A stretch of 64,000 nt of DNA from an uncultured Phycisphaerales bacterium (GCA_963760535.1 CAVXEF010000026.1:18416-82415), one strand, 5' to 3'; shown: positions 47,632 through 58,221, numbered from the stretch's first letter. The notes: a model not told the origin generated them from the letters alone. Made by a program: numbers and translations.

Positions 47632-48957
47632 TTGGAAAAACTGCGTGAAACGCTAAGGGTCAAAAAAGAGCGAGCTGTTCTGGTTGGCGCTATTCTGCAC
47701 ACCAAGGACGATTCGGACGATTTAGTTGAGCTGACAGCCTTAGCTGAAAGTGCCGGTGCCATCGTCGTCGACAGATTCCAGCAGAAAATCCACACAATCA
47801 ACCCCACCACGTACATAGGCAAAGGCAAAGCCGAGCAGCTCGCAAGCCGGGTCAAGCGCTTCAAGGCTGATGTCGTGATATTCGACAACGACCTGATGCC
47901 GCGTCAGATTCGCGAGCTTGAAGAGATAATCGGCGTCAAGATACTCGACCGCAGCGAGTTGATTCTGGACATATTCGCAACCAGAGCCAAGACAAAACAA
48001 GCCCAACTTCAGGTTACACTGGCCCAACTGGAATATACGTATCCGAGACTTGCGAGGATGTGGTCGCACTTAGACAGTGTCGCCGGCGCAGGCGGCGGCT
48101 CCGCCGCCGGTATGGTCGGCGGCATCGGCACAAGAGGAACCGGCGAACAGCAGCTCGAAATCGACCGCCGACTGGTCAATAAGCGAATCACAGAACTAAA
48201 ACATGAGCTTGCTAACATCGACAGACGCAGAGTCCGTGAGATAGACAGCCGAAAGAATATGTTCAAAATCTGCATAGTCGGCTATACGAACGCAGGAAAA
48301 AGCACCGTCTTAAATGCTCTTACCGACGCCGGCGTGCTCGTCGAGGACCGGCTGTTTGCAACGCTCGATACGCGGACAAAAAAATGGATTCTGGAAGGCG
48401 GAGCAGAGGTGCTTTTGAGTGACACCGTCGGCTTCGTTAAAAACCTGCCGCATCAACTGGTCGCCTCGTTCAAAGCAACTCTGGAAGAAGCCGTCAATGC
48501 CGACCTGCTCTTGCACATTGTGGACGTCTCCAATCCGGAGGTACTCAGGCAAATCGAATCTGTCAATAACGTCTTGGCGGAAATCGGCTGCGGCGAAAAA
48601 CCAATCCTGATGGTGTTTAACAAGACCGATATCATAAAAAAAATCGGCGAACTCGATATGCTGCAGACATTATTTCCCGATGCGGTCTGCATATCAGCCC
48701 TGACCAGCTTTGGCCTCGAAAATCTCACCGAAGTAGTGTTGGAAAAATACAGAGGTGGCGAAATTCTCCTGCGTATAACCAGCAGCCAGTCAAACGGCAA
48801 AGTCCAGAGTTTTCTGCGGGCAAATGGACGTATCCTGAAAGAGCAGTATCACGACGGCTCAGTCCTGATTGACACCAGATTAGGCAAAAATCAATTGCCC
48901 GCACTAAAAAGACTGCACCCCGACGGACTCGAAATCCTGCCTATGCAGGACGACTGA
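47632..48957 (+). CDS. hflX: GTPase HflX
   Basis: 441 aa; LAQLEYTYPRL, GTRGTGEQQLEIDRR, GYTNAGKSTVLNAL, DTVGF, NKTD. Confidence 0.9.
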   Translation: MEKLRETLRVKKERAVLVGAILHTKDDSDDLVELTALAESAGAIVVDRFQQKIHTINPTTYIGKGKAEQLASRVKRFKADVVIFDNDLMPRQIRELEEIIGVKILDRSELILDIFATRAKTKQAQLQVTLAQLEYTYPRLARMWSHLDSVAGAGGGSAAGMVGGIGTRGTGEQQLEIDRRLVNKRITELKHELANIDRRRVREIDSRKNMFKICIVGYTNAGKSTVLNALTDAGVLVEDRLFATLDTRTKKWILEGGAEVLLSDTVGFVKNLPHQLVASFKATLEEAVNADLLLHIVDVSNPEVLRQIESVNNVLAEIGCGEKPILMVFNKTDIIKKIGELDMLQTLFPDAVCISALTSFGLENLTEVVLEKYRGGEILLRITSSQSNGKVQSFLRANGRILKEQYHDGSVLIDTRLGKNQLPALKRLHPDGLEILPMQDD

Positions 48958-49036
48958 AAAACCATTCTACAAAACTTGCCACTCAAACAAAATCTCGGTT
49001 CGGATTTCGCCCCGCTGTCTCGGCGGCCTTGTAACG

Positions 49037-49065
49037 TTGACATCGCAATTTTATTCCGCTAATAT
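49037..49065 (+). promoter_or_regulatory. candidate sigma-70 promoter placing the TSS at or next to the tsaD ATG
   Basis: TTGACA (49037-49042), 17 nt, TAATAT (49060-49065). The ATG at 49072 is 7 nt after the -10, with no Shine-Dalgarno in between. Confidence 0.4.
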
Positions 49066-49071
49066 CGGTTT

Positions 49072-50116
49072 ATGGCAAATAAAAGGGACTCTGTAAACAT
49101 TCTGGGTATTGAAACCAGTTGTGATGAGACCGCAGCCGCCGTTGTTGCCGACGGCCGAGTTGTTAAATCTTCCGTCGTAGCTTCGCAGACAAAGCTGCAC
49201 GAAAAGTACGGCGGCGTTGTGCCGGAGATTGCCTCTCGCGCTCACATCGAAAAGATATATCCGGTCATAGTTGAGGCGATTTCACAGGCCGAGGTCGGCA
49301 AAGATGATATCGACGCCATTGCAGTCGCGAACCAGCCGGGCCTGACTATCGCTCTGATGGTCGGCGTTACCGCTGCCAAGACCCTCGCATTTGCCTGGCA
49401 AAAGCCATTGATAGCAATAAACCACCTGCACGCACACTTGCAGTCGGCGCTTCTTGGAGCAGGATAGTCCGCAGTTACCAGCCGTGGCTTTGATAGTTTC
49501 AGGTGGACACACCAGTCTTTATGATTACCATTTACCTTTTGAGCCGAGGCTGCTGGGTTCTACGATTGACGATGCCGCGGGTGAAGCCTTCGATAAGGTG
49601 GCAAATATCCTGAAATTATCGTATCCGGGCGGCCCTTCAATCGAAAAGGCGGCTAAACACGGCAACCCCAGAGCAATCAAATTTCCAATATCGATGCTCG
49701 GAAAGGACTCGCTGGATTTTTCATTCAGCGGCATCAAGACCGCTGTGCTGTATTACTGCCGCGGCCAGGATATGAAAGGCGAAAACAAGGTTGATTCGAT
49801 GAGCGCTGAGCAAATCGCCGATATTGCGGCCTCATTTCAGGCGGCAGTGGTCGAAGTGCTCGTTAAAAAAACTCAGCGGGCTGCCGAAAAAATCGGCGCA
49901 AAGACCGTCCTGCTCGGCGGCGGAGTGGCGGCAAACACGCAGCTCAGAATCGCTCTGCAGCGAATGTGCGATTCGAGCACCCCCTCGAAAAAGCTGCTCG
50001 TCGCTCCAAAACAGTATTGCACGGACAATGCGGTTATGATAGCCTCGTTGGCGTATCATAAATTCAAAGCCGGCCTCTTTGCGGATTTGACCCTCGAACC
50101 AAAAGCAACCGGTTAA
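49072..50116 (+). CDS. tsaD: tRNA N6-adenosine threonylcarbamoyltransferase (apparent frameshift near 49456)
   Basis: ILGIETSCDETAAAVV...INHLHAHLQSALL|EQDSPQLPAVALIVSGGHTSLY. An extra G sits at the join. Confidence 0.9.
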
Positions 50117-50172
50117 ACAGTCTTTGGAAAGTGGACAGGTGACATATTCAGGTTGAGCAATTAAAAAAATTA

Positions 50173-50916
50173 TTGGAGCAGGTCAAAAGCGGCGAAATTG
50201 AAATCGGCGAGGCTGTTGAGCAATTGCGCCATCTGCCGTTTGAGGATTTGGGTTTTGCCCATCTGGACCATCATCGCCAGCTTCGCTGCGGCTTTCCCGA
50301 GGTCATTTACTGCCCCGGCAAAACCACCGACCAGATAGTTAAAATATTTTCAGCCCTCGCTGAAAAAGGCAACAATGTCCTCGCCACCCGGGCCGAAGAA
50401 AACGTTTTCGAGGCGCTGGCAGAAACAAACAAATTCCCGAATATCAGATACGAAAAGTCAGCGAAGGCGATTGTGCTGGAGCAGAAAAAAATCAAACCTT
50501 CGAAATCCGTTATTCCGATAGTTACAGCCGGCACCGCCGATTTGCCTGTCGCAGCGGAGGCGAAAGTTACCGCCGAGATTATGGGCCAGCGGACGGAAGT
50601 AATTCCCGATGTCGGCGTAGCGGGTCTGCACAGATTGCTCGGCCATATGGAGCAGCTCCAGAATGCAAATGTCATCATCGTCATCGCAGGAATGGAAGGG
50701 GCGCTGGCAAGCGTAGTGGGCGGCTTAGTCAGTTGTCCGGTAATCGCCGTGCCTACCAGCATCGGAACGGGCGCCAGCTTCGGCGGCCTCTCGGCACTTT
50801 TGACTATGCTCAATAGCTGTGCCGCAGGTGTTACCGTCGTTAATATCGACAACGGCTTTTCCGCAGGCGTAGCGGCAACACTGATAAACAAAAGAATTGA
50901 ACAAAGTAATAACTGA
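50173..50916 (+). CDS. larB: nickel-pincer cofactor biosynthesis protein LarB (AIR-carboxylase-like)
   Basis: 247 aa; HHRQLRCGFPEVIYCPGKT, VTAGTADLPVAAEA, IAGMEGALASVVGG. The start is uncertain (TTG 50173; the frame is open from 50143). Confidence 0.7.
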   Translation: MEQVKSGEIEIGEAVEQLRHLPFEDLGFAHLDHHRQLRCGFPEVIYCPGKTTDQIVKIFSALAEKGNNVLATRAEENVFEALAETNKFPNIRYEKSAKAIVLEQKKIKPSKSVIPIVTAGTADLPVAAEAKVTAEIMGQRTEVIPDVGVAGLHRLLGHMEQLQNANVIIVIAGMEGALASVVGGLVSCPVIAVPTSIGTGASFGGLSALLTMLNSCAAGVTVVNIDNGFSAGVAATLINKRIEQSNN

Positions 50917-50923
50917 GTGAAAA

Positions 50924-51782
50924 ATGAGAATAATAAAGGATATCCCAAAATTAAAACCAAGAAAGCCTGATGCCCACAAAGGTGATTTCGGCAAGGTCTG
51001 TATCATTGCCGGCAGTCTCGGTATGAGCGGGGCCGCTGCTCTTGCGGGTCGCTCAGCCCTGCGGGCCGGCGCAGGCCTGGTGCGGGTGGCAACTCCGAAA
51101 AGTGTTTTGCCGATAGTCGCCTGCAATAGAGCCGTCTTTTACCACCATTCCGCTGGCAGAAGATGCCGCCGGCAGAATATCTGCAAAGGCAATCAATACC
51201 ATTCTCGATGCCGTGAATGAAAATGATTGCTTCGCCTTCGGCCCGGGTGTCGGTGTTAGCACCGCACTTCGGACCATTCTTGAAACACTGCTCAGCCAGG
51301 AAAAACTGAAGCTAATCATAGATGCCGACGGCCTTAACAATCTCGCTTCGATAAAGGATTGGCCGGCCAAAACAAAAGCCGGTCTAATCATTACGCCTCA
51401 TCCCGGCGAAATGAAAAGATTATGGTCGGGATTGTTTAGAGAACCATTGCCGCCGGAAAGACAAAACCAGGCATCGCGATTAGCAAAGCGCACCAAAACG
51501 GTGGTGGTCCTGAAAGGGGCGGGCACGGTCGTTACCGACGGACAAAAAGTTTATGTCAACAAAACCGGCAATCCCGGAATGGCTACAGCCGGCTCAGGCG
51601 ACGTTCTGACCGGCGTTATGACGGCTCTCGTTGGCCAGGGTTTGAGTAACTTCGACGCTGCAATCCTCGCTGTTTACATTCACGGATTAGCCGGCGACAT
51701 CGCTGCAAAAAAAATGGGCCAGATAAGCCTGATTGCTACCGACATCATTGACGCTCTTGGCGAGGCTTTTATGAAAGGTTAG
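50924..51782 (+). CDS. nnrD: ADP/ATP-dependent NAD(P)H-hydrate dehydratase (YjeF C-terminal type; apparent frameshift near 51120)
   Basis: KGDFGKVCIIAGSLGMSGAAALAGRSALRAGAGLV...VLPIVA|.IEPSFTTIPLAED...GPGVG...GSGDVLTG. Confidence 0.8.
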
Positions 51783-51806
51783 TCGTTGTTCTGGAGGAAT
51801 AGCTCA

Positions 51807-52151
51807 ATGGCAAACGAAACAAAGGAATTCTTAGAAAAATTCAAAAAAGATGTGGGAAAAATGAAAGAGTTGGCCGCCGATACCGTCCAGGGTTTTTCAG
51901 CGGTGTTTTCAAAAATTATGAAAGAAGGCGCACTTGGCCTCAAAGAAAAAGAGCTTATCGCTCTTGCTATAGGTGTTACTCAACGCTGTAAGCCGTGCAT
52001 AAGACTGCACGTGCAAAAATGCCTCGAAGCCGGCGCAACGAAAGAGCAAATCCTCGAAGCTGCTTCCGTCGCCGTAATGATGGGCGGCGGGCCGGCGTAC
52101 ACACATATTCCTGTGGTAATCGACGCACTGGAAGCATTGCAGGCCGGCTGA
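51807..52151 (+). CDS. carboxymuconolactone decarboxylase/AhpD-like family protein
   Basis: ATG 51807 follows GGAGG. It has a CxxC-type motif RCKPCIRLH and the length typical of the family. Confidence 0.65.
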   Translation: MANETKEFLEKFKKDVGKMKELAADTVQGFSAVFSKIMKEGALGLKEKELIALAIGVTQRCKPCIRLHVQKCLEAGATKEQILEAASVAVMMGGGPAYTHIPVVIDALEALQAG

Positions 52152-52174
52152 AAAAACGCCTGTGGGGATACTAA

Positions 52175-52615
52175 TTGATTCACTATCAGAAAATGAACGC
52201 CGTCGTTTCTTTTTTCCAGAAAAGAAAATGGACTTTGCTTTGTCTGTGCGTAGTTACACCAGCCGGGTTTCTATCCAAAAGTTACGCCGGCGCCGGTCAT
52301 AAATGGTTTAATGACTACGGAGGGGGATTACTTTATGAAGTCTTTTGGTGTCTGGTCGTATTTTTCTTTGTACCCAAAAAGAAATACGCAACCACAATTG
52401 CTGTGGTGGTGCTGTTAATCACCTGTATTCTTGAGACGCTTCAGCTTTGGCATCCGCCGTTTCTGCAACTGGTGCGTTCGTACTATTTAGGTAGAGCGCT
52501 CATAGGCACCACGTTTGTGTGGTGGGATTTTCCGCACTACTTCTTAGGCTGCTTTATCGGCTGGCTTTGCATGCGGATAATCTCAAAGAAATCCGACGAA
52601 CCGAACCTGCCGTGA
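52175..52615 (+). CDS. DUF2809-like membrane protein
   Basis: Four hydrophobic helices with a WFNDYGGGLLYEVFW motif. The start is uncertain (TTG 52175 or ATG 52193). Confidence 0.5.
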   Translation: MIHYQKMNAVVSFFQKRKWTLLCLCVVTPAGFLSKSYAGAGHKWFNDYGGGLLYEVFWCLVVFFFVPKKKYATTIAVVVLLITCILETLQLWHPPFLQLVRSYYLGRALIGTTFVWWDFPHYFLGCFIGWLCMRIISKKSDEPNLP

Positions 52616-52748
52616 ATCTGCACCGCGAACCGCCTTTTACCGCTGTCAGTCTTGTGGTAAAGAAGCTGCGGCCATATTATTCAAGAAAACCACGCCAAAG
52701 TCCGAAAGAATAAATAGTTATAGGGCACAGACCGAGCAGGTACTAAAA

Positions 52749-53414
52749 ATGAAAACTATCACAGTGCAAGAAACTTTGGAGGATACAGTCCCGACGCTGC
52801 AGCTTGAAAGAGCGCTTGTGCCCATCGACGAATTTGCGGCCCGTGAAGGCGTTTCGAGAAGCGCCATCGAAGACTGGGCAAAGCTGGGGCTTGTGCAGAT
52901 AAGAAGACATAAAGGCAAAACATTTATTGTTGATGTACCGCCCGGCCCTTACGACGATTCCTGCCGGACCCTTAATAACCGCCAGGAAATAAGCTCCGCA
53001 AGCACACCGCCGAAGCCCACAGGCTTCTGGCAGTTCACTGCAATTGTTTCAGTGATATGCACTTTTGCAGCCGTCCTCGCAAGCCTCTGGTTGTATTCCG
53101 ACCGGCAGGGGCTGCTTGATGGCGTCACACTGGTATACGAGAAGATTGACAAAACAAATGAAAACTTTATGCACGCCAAACAACAGGCGGAAATTTTGCA
53201 AAACCAGCTCGACGAGGCAAAAATGGAACTCGACCGACTTAGAGGCCAGTTCGTCCGGTCGCAGATTGAAGTAAAAGATGTTCGCAACCAGCTCAATAAC
53301 GCCCGGCAAAACATAGTCGCCCTGCGTCAGTACAATGCCGAAGCAGCACAGCGACTGAACGAACAAATCGAAAAACTGACCGAGCTGACAGACGAAGTGA
53401 GCAAAGGCCGCTAA
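52749..53414 (+). CDS. bitopic protein: N-terminal MerR/excisionase-like HTH, TM helix, C-terminal coiled coil
   Basis: PIDEFAAREGVSRSAIEDWAKLGLVQIRRHKGKTFI; TM segment FTAIVSVICTFAAVLASLWLY; then a Q/E/L-rich coiled coil. Confidence 0.5.
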   Translation: MKTITVQETLEDTVPTLQLERALVPIDEFAAREGVSRSAIEDWAKLGLVQIRRHKGKTFIVDVPPGPYDDSCRTLNNRQEISSASTPPKPTGFWQFTAIVSVICTFAAVLASLWLYSDRQGLLDGVTLVYEKIDKTNENFMHAKQQAEILQNQLDEAKMELDRLRGQFVRSQIEVKDVRNQLNNARQNIVALRQYNAEAAQRLNEQIEKLTELTDEVSKGR

Positions 53415-54016
53415 CGGCCGCTGTTATTACCTGCCGAGAGGTTCAGCACTCCGAGTAATTTCCAGCCTGCCGGCAGAACCACCGCCGCTAATACTATCTT
53501 CAAAATATCACCAACTATGAAAGGATATAAGCCAACAGCCAATACAGCCCTGTTAACACCCATCAGACAGCACAGCCAGCCAAGGCCAAACGCATACATC
53601 GCAACACTGCCGAGAGTCATCGCCAAAACGGTTGTGATGAATCTTCGGTCCCAGCGGTTTTCAGCCAGCAGTCCCGTAACATAAGCAGCGGCGACAAACC
53701 CAACAAGATAACCGCCCGTCGGGCTCAGCATCGCGGCGAAGCTGCTTCTGCCCATTGTAAATACGGGTAATCCGGAAAGACCCTCGATTATATAAGCAAG
53801 CACGCACAGACTGCCACGCCGCCTGCCGAAGAGCGCCCCTGTCATCAGCACCGCAAAGGTCTGGGCCGTGATGGGCACAGGCCCAATGGGGATTGCTATC
53901 TGAGCACACAATCCGATAAAAAGCGAGCCGCCAACAATCAAAGTTGCATCGTAAACCCACGCGAGTTTCTTCCCACAAGGCCGAAAAACATCCGCCAAAG
54001 TTACATCTGCCAGCAT
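53411..54016 (-). CDS. bioY: biotin transporter BioY
   Basis: Preferred start is MLADVTLADVF (ATG 54016). The motif IPIGPVPITAQTFAVLMTGALFG is characteristic. Confidence 0.8.
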   Translation of the reverse strand: MLADVTLADVFRPCGKKLAWVYDATLIVGGSLFIGLCAQIAIPIGPVPITAQTFAVLMTGALFGRRRGSLCVLAYIIEGLSGLPVFTMGRSSFAAMLSPTGGYLVGFVAAAYVTGLLAENRWDRRFITTVLAMTLGSVAMYAFGLGWLCCLMGVNRAVLAVGLYPFIVGDILKIVLAAVVLPAGWKLLGVLNLSAGNNSGR

Positions 54017-54483
54017 ACCTGCACCCCTGCAAAAAACGAAAAATCCCAAAATTATCGGCAGCTATTGTACAATTGAAGGCAGGGCCAGTCAACAGACCAG
54101 CCAAATCAAGTGTCCCGCTGGAAACAGCCCGCCAAACCCCGTTTTGGCGGCATTTCGCCTTAAAGAGTGCTGGCAAGATTGGCATCACTGATGGTGACCA
54201 AGAAATTTTTACCCTCATGGAGGTTTACACCGTATACTTTAAAAAGATTGCGTTTCAAGAAAAACAGGTTGTTAGGCCGATAATAAATTTGATATCAAGG
54301 GGGTAGCAATTGCTGAACGTCTTGTCGGCCAATGAACGCTGACCCGGCTGGCAGGTATGGAAGGTACAGGGGGGGAAATTATATCGTGGGGGCGTTTTGA
54401 GCTCTTTAGGAGGGACGATAAGTAGAAATTTGCCGTACTATACTTAAAGGCACCCGCGAGGCACTTGGAAGTCCGGGGGAAAT

Positions 54484-54840
54484 ATGAAAAAAATCCTGGT
54501 GATAGAGGACAACTTCGTTAATTCATATTTAATCGAGTCTATCCTGAATAAGAAAGGCTACACGGTAATACAGACTGAACGTGCCAGCACGGGCATAGAT
54601 ATCGCTGCAAAAGAGATGCCGGAGCTTATAATCGTTGACCTTCACATCGCCGACATAAACGGTCTGGAGGCTGTAAGAAAGATAAATCTGCTCATACCCC
54701 AGATACCGCTCATCGCCCTTATTTCACACGCTATGACAAATGAGAAGGAAAAGGCACTCGACGCCGGCTGCACTACTTGCATCGAGAAACCAATCGACCC
54801 AGACACCTTCGCCGAGCAACTTGAGTGTTATCTGTCCTGA
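54484..54840 (+). CDS. single-domain response regulator (CheY-like receiver)
   Basis: 118 aa; KILVIEDNFVN...LIIVDLHIADINGLE...ALISHA. Confidence 0.85.
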   Translation: MKKILVIEDNFVNSYLIESILNKKGYTVIQTERASTGIDIAAKEMPELIIVDLHIADINGLEAVRKINLLIPQIPLIALISHAMTNEKEKALDAGCTTCIEKPIDPDTFAEQLECYLS

Positions 54841-55096
54841 TGACGCTGCCATCGTAACATAATCAAACCCCACATCACAAAGACCCTGACCTGCTCCTCG
54901 TGAGAAACGACCGATAATATACACCCGCCTAATGACAAGTGCCGGTTGAAATCTGTATTTCATCCAAAATATATCAGAAAGCGAACTATCTTAAGTGGAA
55001 CGCATATATCGCCGAAAAATTATGCTGAACAGCAGTGAGAAAAAAGGCTGGAAGCCGGGTTTTTAAGAAGCGCGACCATGTTAGGGGAAAGTAAAT

Positions 55097-55537
55097 ATGG
55101 ATACGCCAAAAACTACAGTGGTGTTGCTGGTCGAAGACGACCCAATAGACCAGAAATTGGTGAAGAACGCCCTGGTTAATCAGAAAATAGAATGTGCGAT
55201 TTACACAGCCGGAAACGGCGATGAGGCACTCGAATACCTGCAGCGCAGTAAAGGTGGTGACACGGAAAGTCCCCGCCCGAACCTGATTCTGCTCGATTTG
55301 AATATGCCTGGTATGGACGGCAAAGAGTTCTTACGACGCATCAAGGCCGATGACGACTTACACTCTATTCCTGTGGTTGTTTTAACGGCGTCGGACGCAA
55401 AAACCGATATACAGGAAAGCTACAAATTACAGGCTGCAGGATATGTACAGAAAAGCGCAAATCTGGAAGAGTTTCAAAAGGTTATGGGCAAGCTGGCTAA
55501 ATACTGGTTCGAAACATCCTCGGTGGTAAAAAGTTGA
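55097..55537 (+). CDS. single-domain response regulator (Rcp1-like receiver)
   Basis: 146 aa; LLVEDDPIDQKL...LILLDLNMPGMDGKEFL...VVVLTASD...YVQKS...YWF. Confidence 0.85.
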   Translation: MDTPKTTVVLLVEDDPIDQKLVKNALVNQKIECAIYTAGNGDEALEYLQRSKGGDTESPRPNLILLDLNMPGMDGKEFLRRIKADDDLHSIPVVVLTASDAKTDIQESYKLQAAGYVQKSANLEEFQKVMGKLAKYWFETSSVVKS

Positions 55538-55620
55538 TTCTCGATTTAACCGGTAACAGACAGTCCGGAGAGTGTCCTTAGGCACTGACATTTATGGAAG
55601 ATTTAGAAGGGAGCAGCCAT

Positions 55621-56088
55621 ATGAATGACCTTATACCAGTGGTAATACTACTGGTCGAGGACGACCCTGCTGACCAGAAATTGATTAAGAAATCAGTGCT
55701 TGATCAGAAAATAAGCAACAAACTCATCATCACAAATAGCGCCGAGGACGCCCTCGAATATCTGGACCACAGCAAATTAGCTGAAGCTGGTTACCCTATT
55801 CCAGACCTGATTCTGCTCGATTTGAATATGCCTGGGATGGGAGGCAAGGAGTTTCTATGTCGTCTCAAGACCGATGATGCGCTGGACACCATACCGGTCG
55901 TAATTTTGACAAGCTCAGCATCTGAGCAGGATATCCTCGAAACCTACAAACTACAGGCGGCAGGGTACATAAAAAAACCGCCAACTCTCGACGGTTTTCG
56001 CGAGGTGTTCAGCCACCTCGAGGAGTACTGGTTTGTTATATGTAAACGAGTTCCACAGAGACGACTATCATGCGCAACAATTCGGTAA
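55621..56088 (+). CDS. single-domain response regulator (Rcp1-like receiver), paralogue of 55097
   Basis: Preferred ATG is 55621, after AAGGGAG. LLVEDDPADQKL...LILLDLNMPGMGGKEFL...VVILTSS...YIKKP...YWF. Confidence 0.85.
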   Translation: MNDLIPVVILLVEDDPADQKLIKKSVLDQKISNKLIITNSAEDALEYLDHSKLAEAGYPIPDLILLDLNMPGMGGKEFLCRLKTDDALDTIPVVILTSSASEQDILETYKLQAAGYIKKPPTLDGFREVFSHLEEYWFVICKRVPQRRLSCATIR

Positions 56089-57701
56089 ATATCCTTGTGA
56101 TTGACGACGACCCTGCTGACCGTCGACTAACAGAGCTGGCACTGAGGGGCTCACCGCAGACGAAGCGGTTTGCAACTCAAACGGCTGCCAGCCTCGCGGA
56201 AGGATTGGACCTTATTAAACATCAAAGCTTCAACATGGTGCTGCTCGACCTCGGCCTACCAGAAAGTCGTGGTCTCGATACACTCGAGAACTTTCGCCAC
56301 GAGTACCCGCAGGTGCCTGTTGTGGTACTGACAGGTCTGCAGGATGAGGAAGCCGGTGTCGAGGCCATAAGAAAAGGGGCTATCGATTACGTAACCAAAC
56401 CCTTCAAGCAGAATGGCCTGCGAACTCGCATCAGTATCGCCCTTCAGATGGTCGAATTACAGGATAAGCTCCTGCTACTCGCAAACACCGACGAATTGAC
56501 GGGGCTGACAAATCGCCGGCATTTCTTTGACATCCTCGAAAGGGAAATCCTTTGTGCCAAGATAAAAGACAATCCCATATCGGTGATGATTCTTGACCTC
56601 GACTATTTCAAGAGCGTAAATGACACATACGGCCATCTCAGCGGCGATATGATTTTAAAGCAGGCAGCCGAAGTCCTCCAGCAGAGCATTTACCCCCTCG
56701 ATGTCGTCGCACGATATGGAGGAGATGAATTTATCATTCTTATGCCCAGCACACCACCCGAAAAAGCTGCTCAGGCAGCCGAAAGGCTGCGCAGAATAAT
56801 AGACGACCACCAGTGGAAAGTGCCCAACCAGCAGATATCAATTACTGCCAGCATCGGCCTGGCAAATTCCGACTATCGAAACTCCCTCAGTTCACAGTGA
56901 ACTTATCGAAGACGCCGATTCCGCCCTTTACGCCGCCAAAAGGAGCGGAGGAAACTGTGTGGTTTGCTACGACCAGATTAACCCACTCCAAAAAGTATTA
57001 AATCCGCAGGAGCGCGACTTCCAGGAATTACAGAACAAGGTCTCTTCACTGGCAAGGCAACTGCAGTCTCATGCTCGCGGGACAGTATCTGCCCTTGCTC
57101 GGGCTGCGAATGCAGTAATCAAAGACCCTTACATGGTCCATCACGCTGAAAACGTAAGAGATTATTCGGCTGCAATCGCACGACAAATGAAATTGTCGCC
57201 GCAACTAATCAAACAAATCGGTACAGCTGCAATTCTCATGGACCTTGGCAAAATCAGCATTCCCAGCTCATATCTTGAAAAAGCCGACGCCGCTGACCGA
57301 AGAAGAAGAACAGATTGTCAGACAACATCCGGTAGCGGCTACCCAGATTCTGGCACCGATTGCATTTTTTGAACAGGAGTCACGTACTCATAAAGCATCA
57401 TCACGAAAATTTCGACGGCTCAGGTTACCCTGACGGCTTAAAAGCCAAAGAGATACCAATTGGTTCACGAATCTTGGCAGTTGCCGATGCCTTTGACGCA
57501 ATTACCTCCGACCATGCCTATGCCCCCGCGAGGTCCTGTGCACATGCGCTGAACGAAATTGTCAGCCGCGCAGGCAGTCAGTTCGACCCGGAGGTCGTTG
57601 AGGCCTTTCAAAAAACATATCAGGAGTACAAAGCTGATTGGCCGCTGTCAGTAAAAAGATGTTTGGCCAGCTCCACTCAAGATGTACCGCACTCGTCCTG
57701 A
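56070..57701 (+). CDS. hybrid response regulator REC-GGDEF-HD-GYP (three apparent frameshifts)
   Basis: REC (ILVIDDDPADRRL..MVLLDLGLPE), GGDEF (RYGGDEFIILMP), then ELIEDADSALYAAKRSGGN in the next frame (break near 56883). The HD-GYP part is split near 57270 and 57380 (DLGKISIPS|HILKKPTPLTEEE...FFEQES|.VLIKHHHENFDGSGYPDGL). Confidence 0.8.
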
Positions 57702-57807
57702 AGCTCAACCCCTTTGAAACACTTGTCCTCTCGGCTGTTTCGGCAATGCAGGTGAGGAAAGTTTTTAATTTGATTATCGAGCAGCGATTATTGATAATCA
57801 GGTAACG

Positions 57808-58221
57808 ATGGTCGAGATACCACAGAATAAACTCTCGTTTAAGTATTCCCGAAGTGCCGCGCCGGGCGGACAGAATGTCAATAAGGTAAACACCAAAGTG
57901 ACGGTATTCTTCGATGTGGCAAATTGCGCCATCTTCTCCGACGACGAGAAAAGGCAAATATTGGCTCACCTTGCGAGACGAGCCAGCAGAGATGGTGTAA
58001 TTCACGTCGTCTCACAGAGGTTCCGAACGCAAAGGGCCAATCGGGCCGAAGCGGTCGAACGATTGCAGAGACTACTGACCGAAGCTCTCAAAACTACACC
58101 TGTCCGCCGAAAAACAACCATCCCCCTGCACATCAAAAAAAAGCGATTGGAAGAAAAAAGACAGCACAGCTTATTGAAACAACAAAGGGTAAAAAACCAC
58201 TTGGCTGAAGACTTGCCCTAA
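57808..58221 (+). CDS. arfB: alternative ribosome-rescue factor ArfB (peptidyl-tRNA hydrolase, GGQ type)
   Basis: 137 aa; SRSAAPGGQNVNKVNTKV plus a basic C-terminal tail KKKRLEEKRQHSLLKQQRVK. Confidence 0.85.
   Translation: MVEIPQNKLSFKYSRSAAPGGQNVNKVNTKVTVFFDVANCAIFSDDEKRQILAHLARRASRDGVIHVVSQRFRTQRANRAEAVERLQRLLTEALKTTPVRRKTTIPLHIKKKRLEEKRQHSLLKQQRVKNHLAEDLP

Noticed and set aside
54050-54483. A 430-bp ORF-free region between bioY and the first receiver gene, considered as a possible ncRNA or riboswitch
   Set aside because: It contains one good hairpin (CCGCCAAA-CCCCGT-TTTGGCGG, near 54130) but nothing I can match to a known RNA family by eye. A covariance-model scan (Infernal/Rfam) would be needed.
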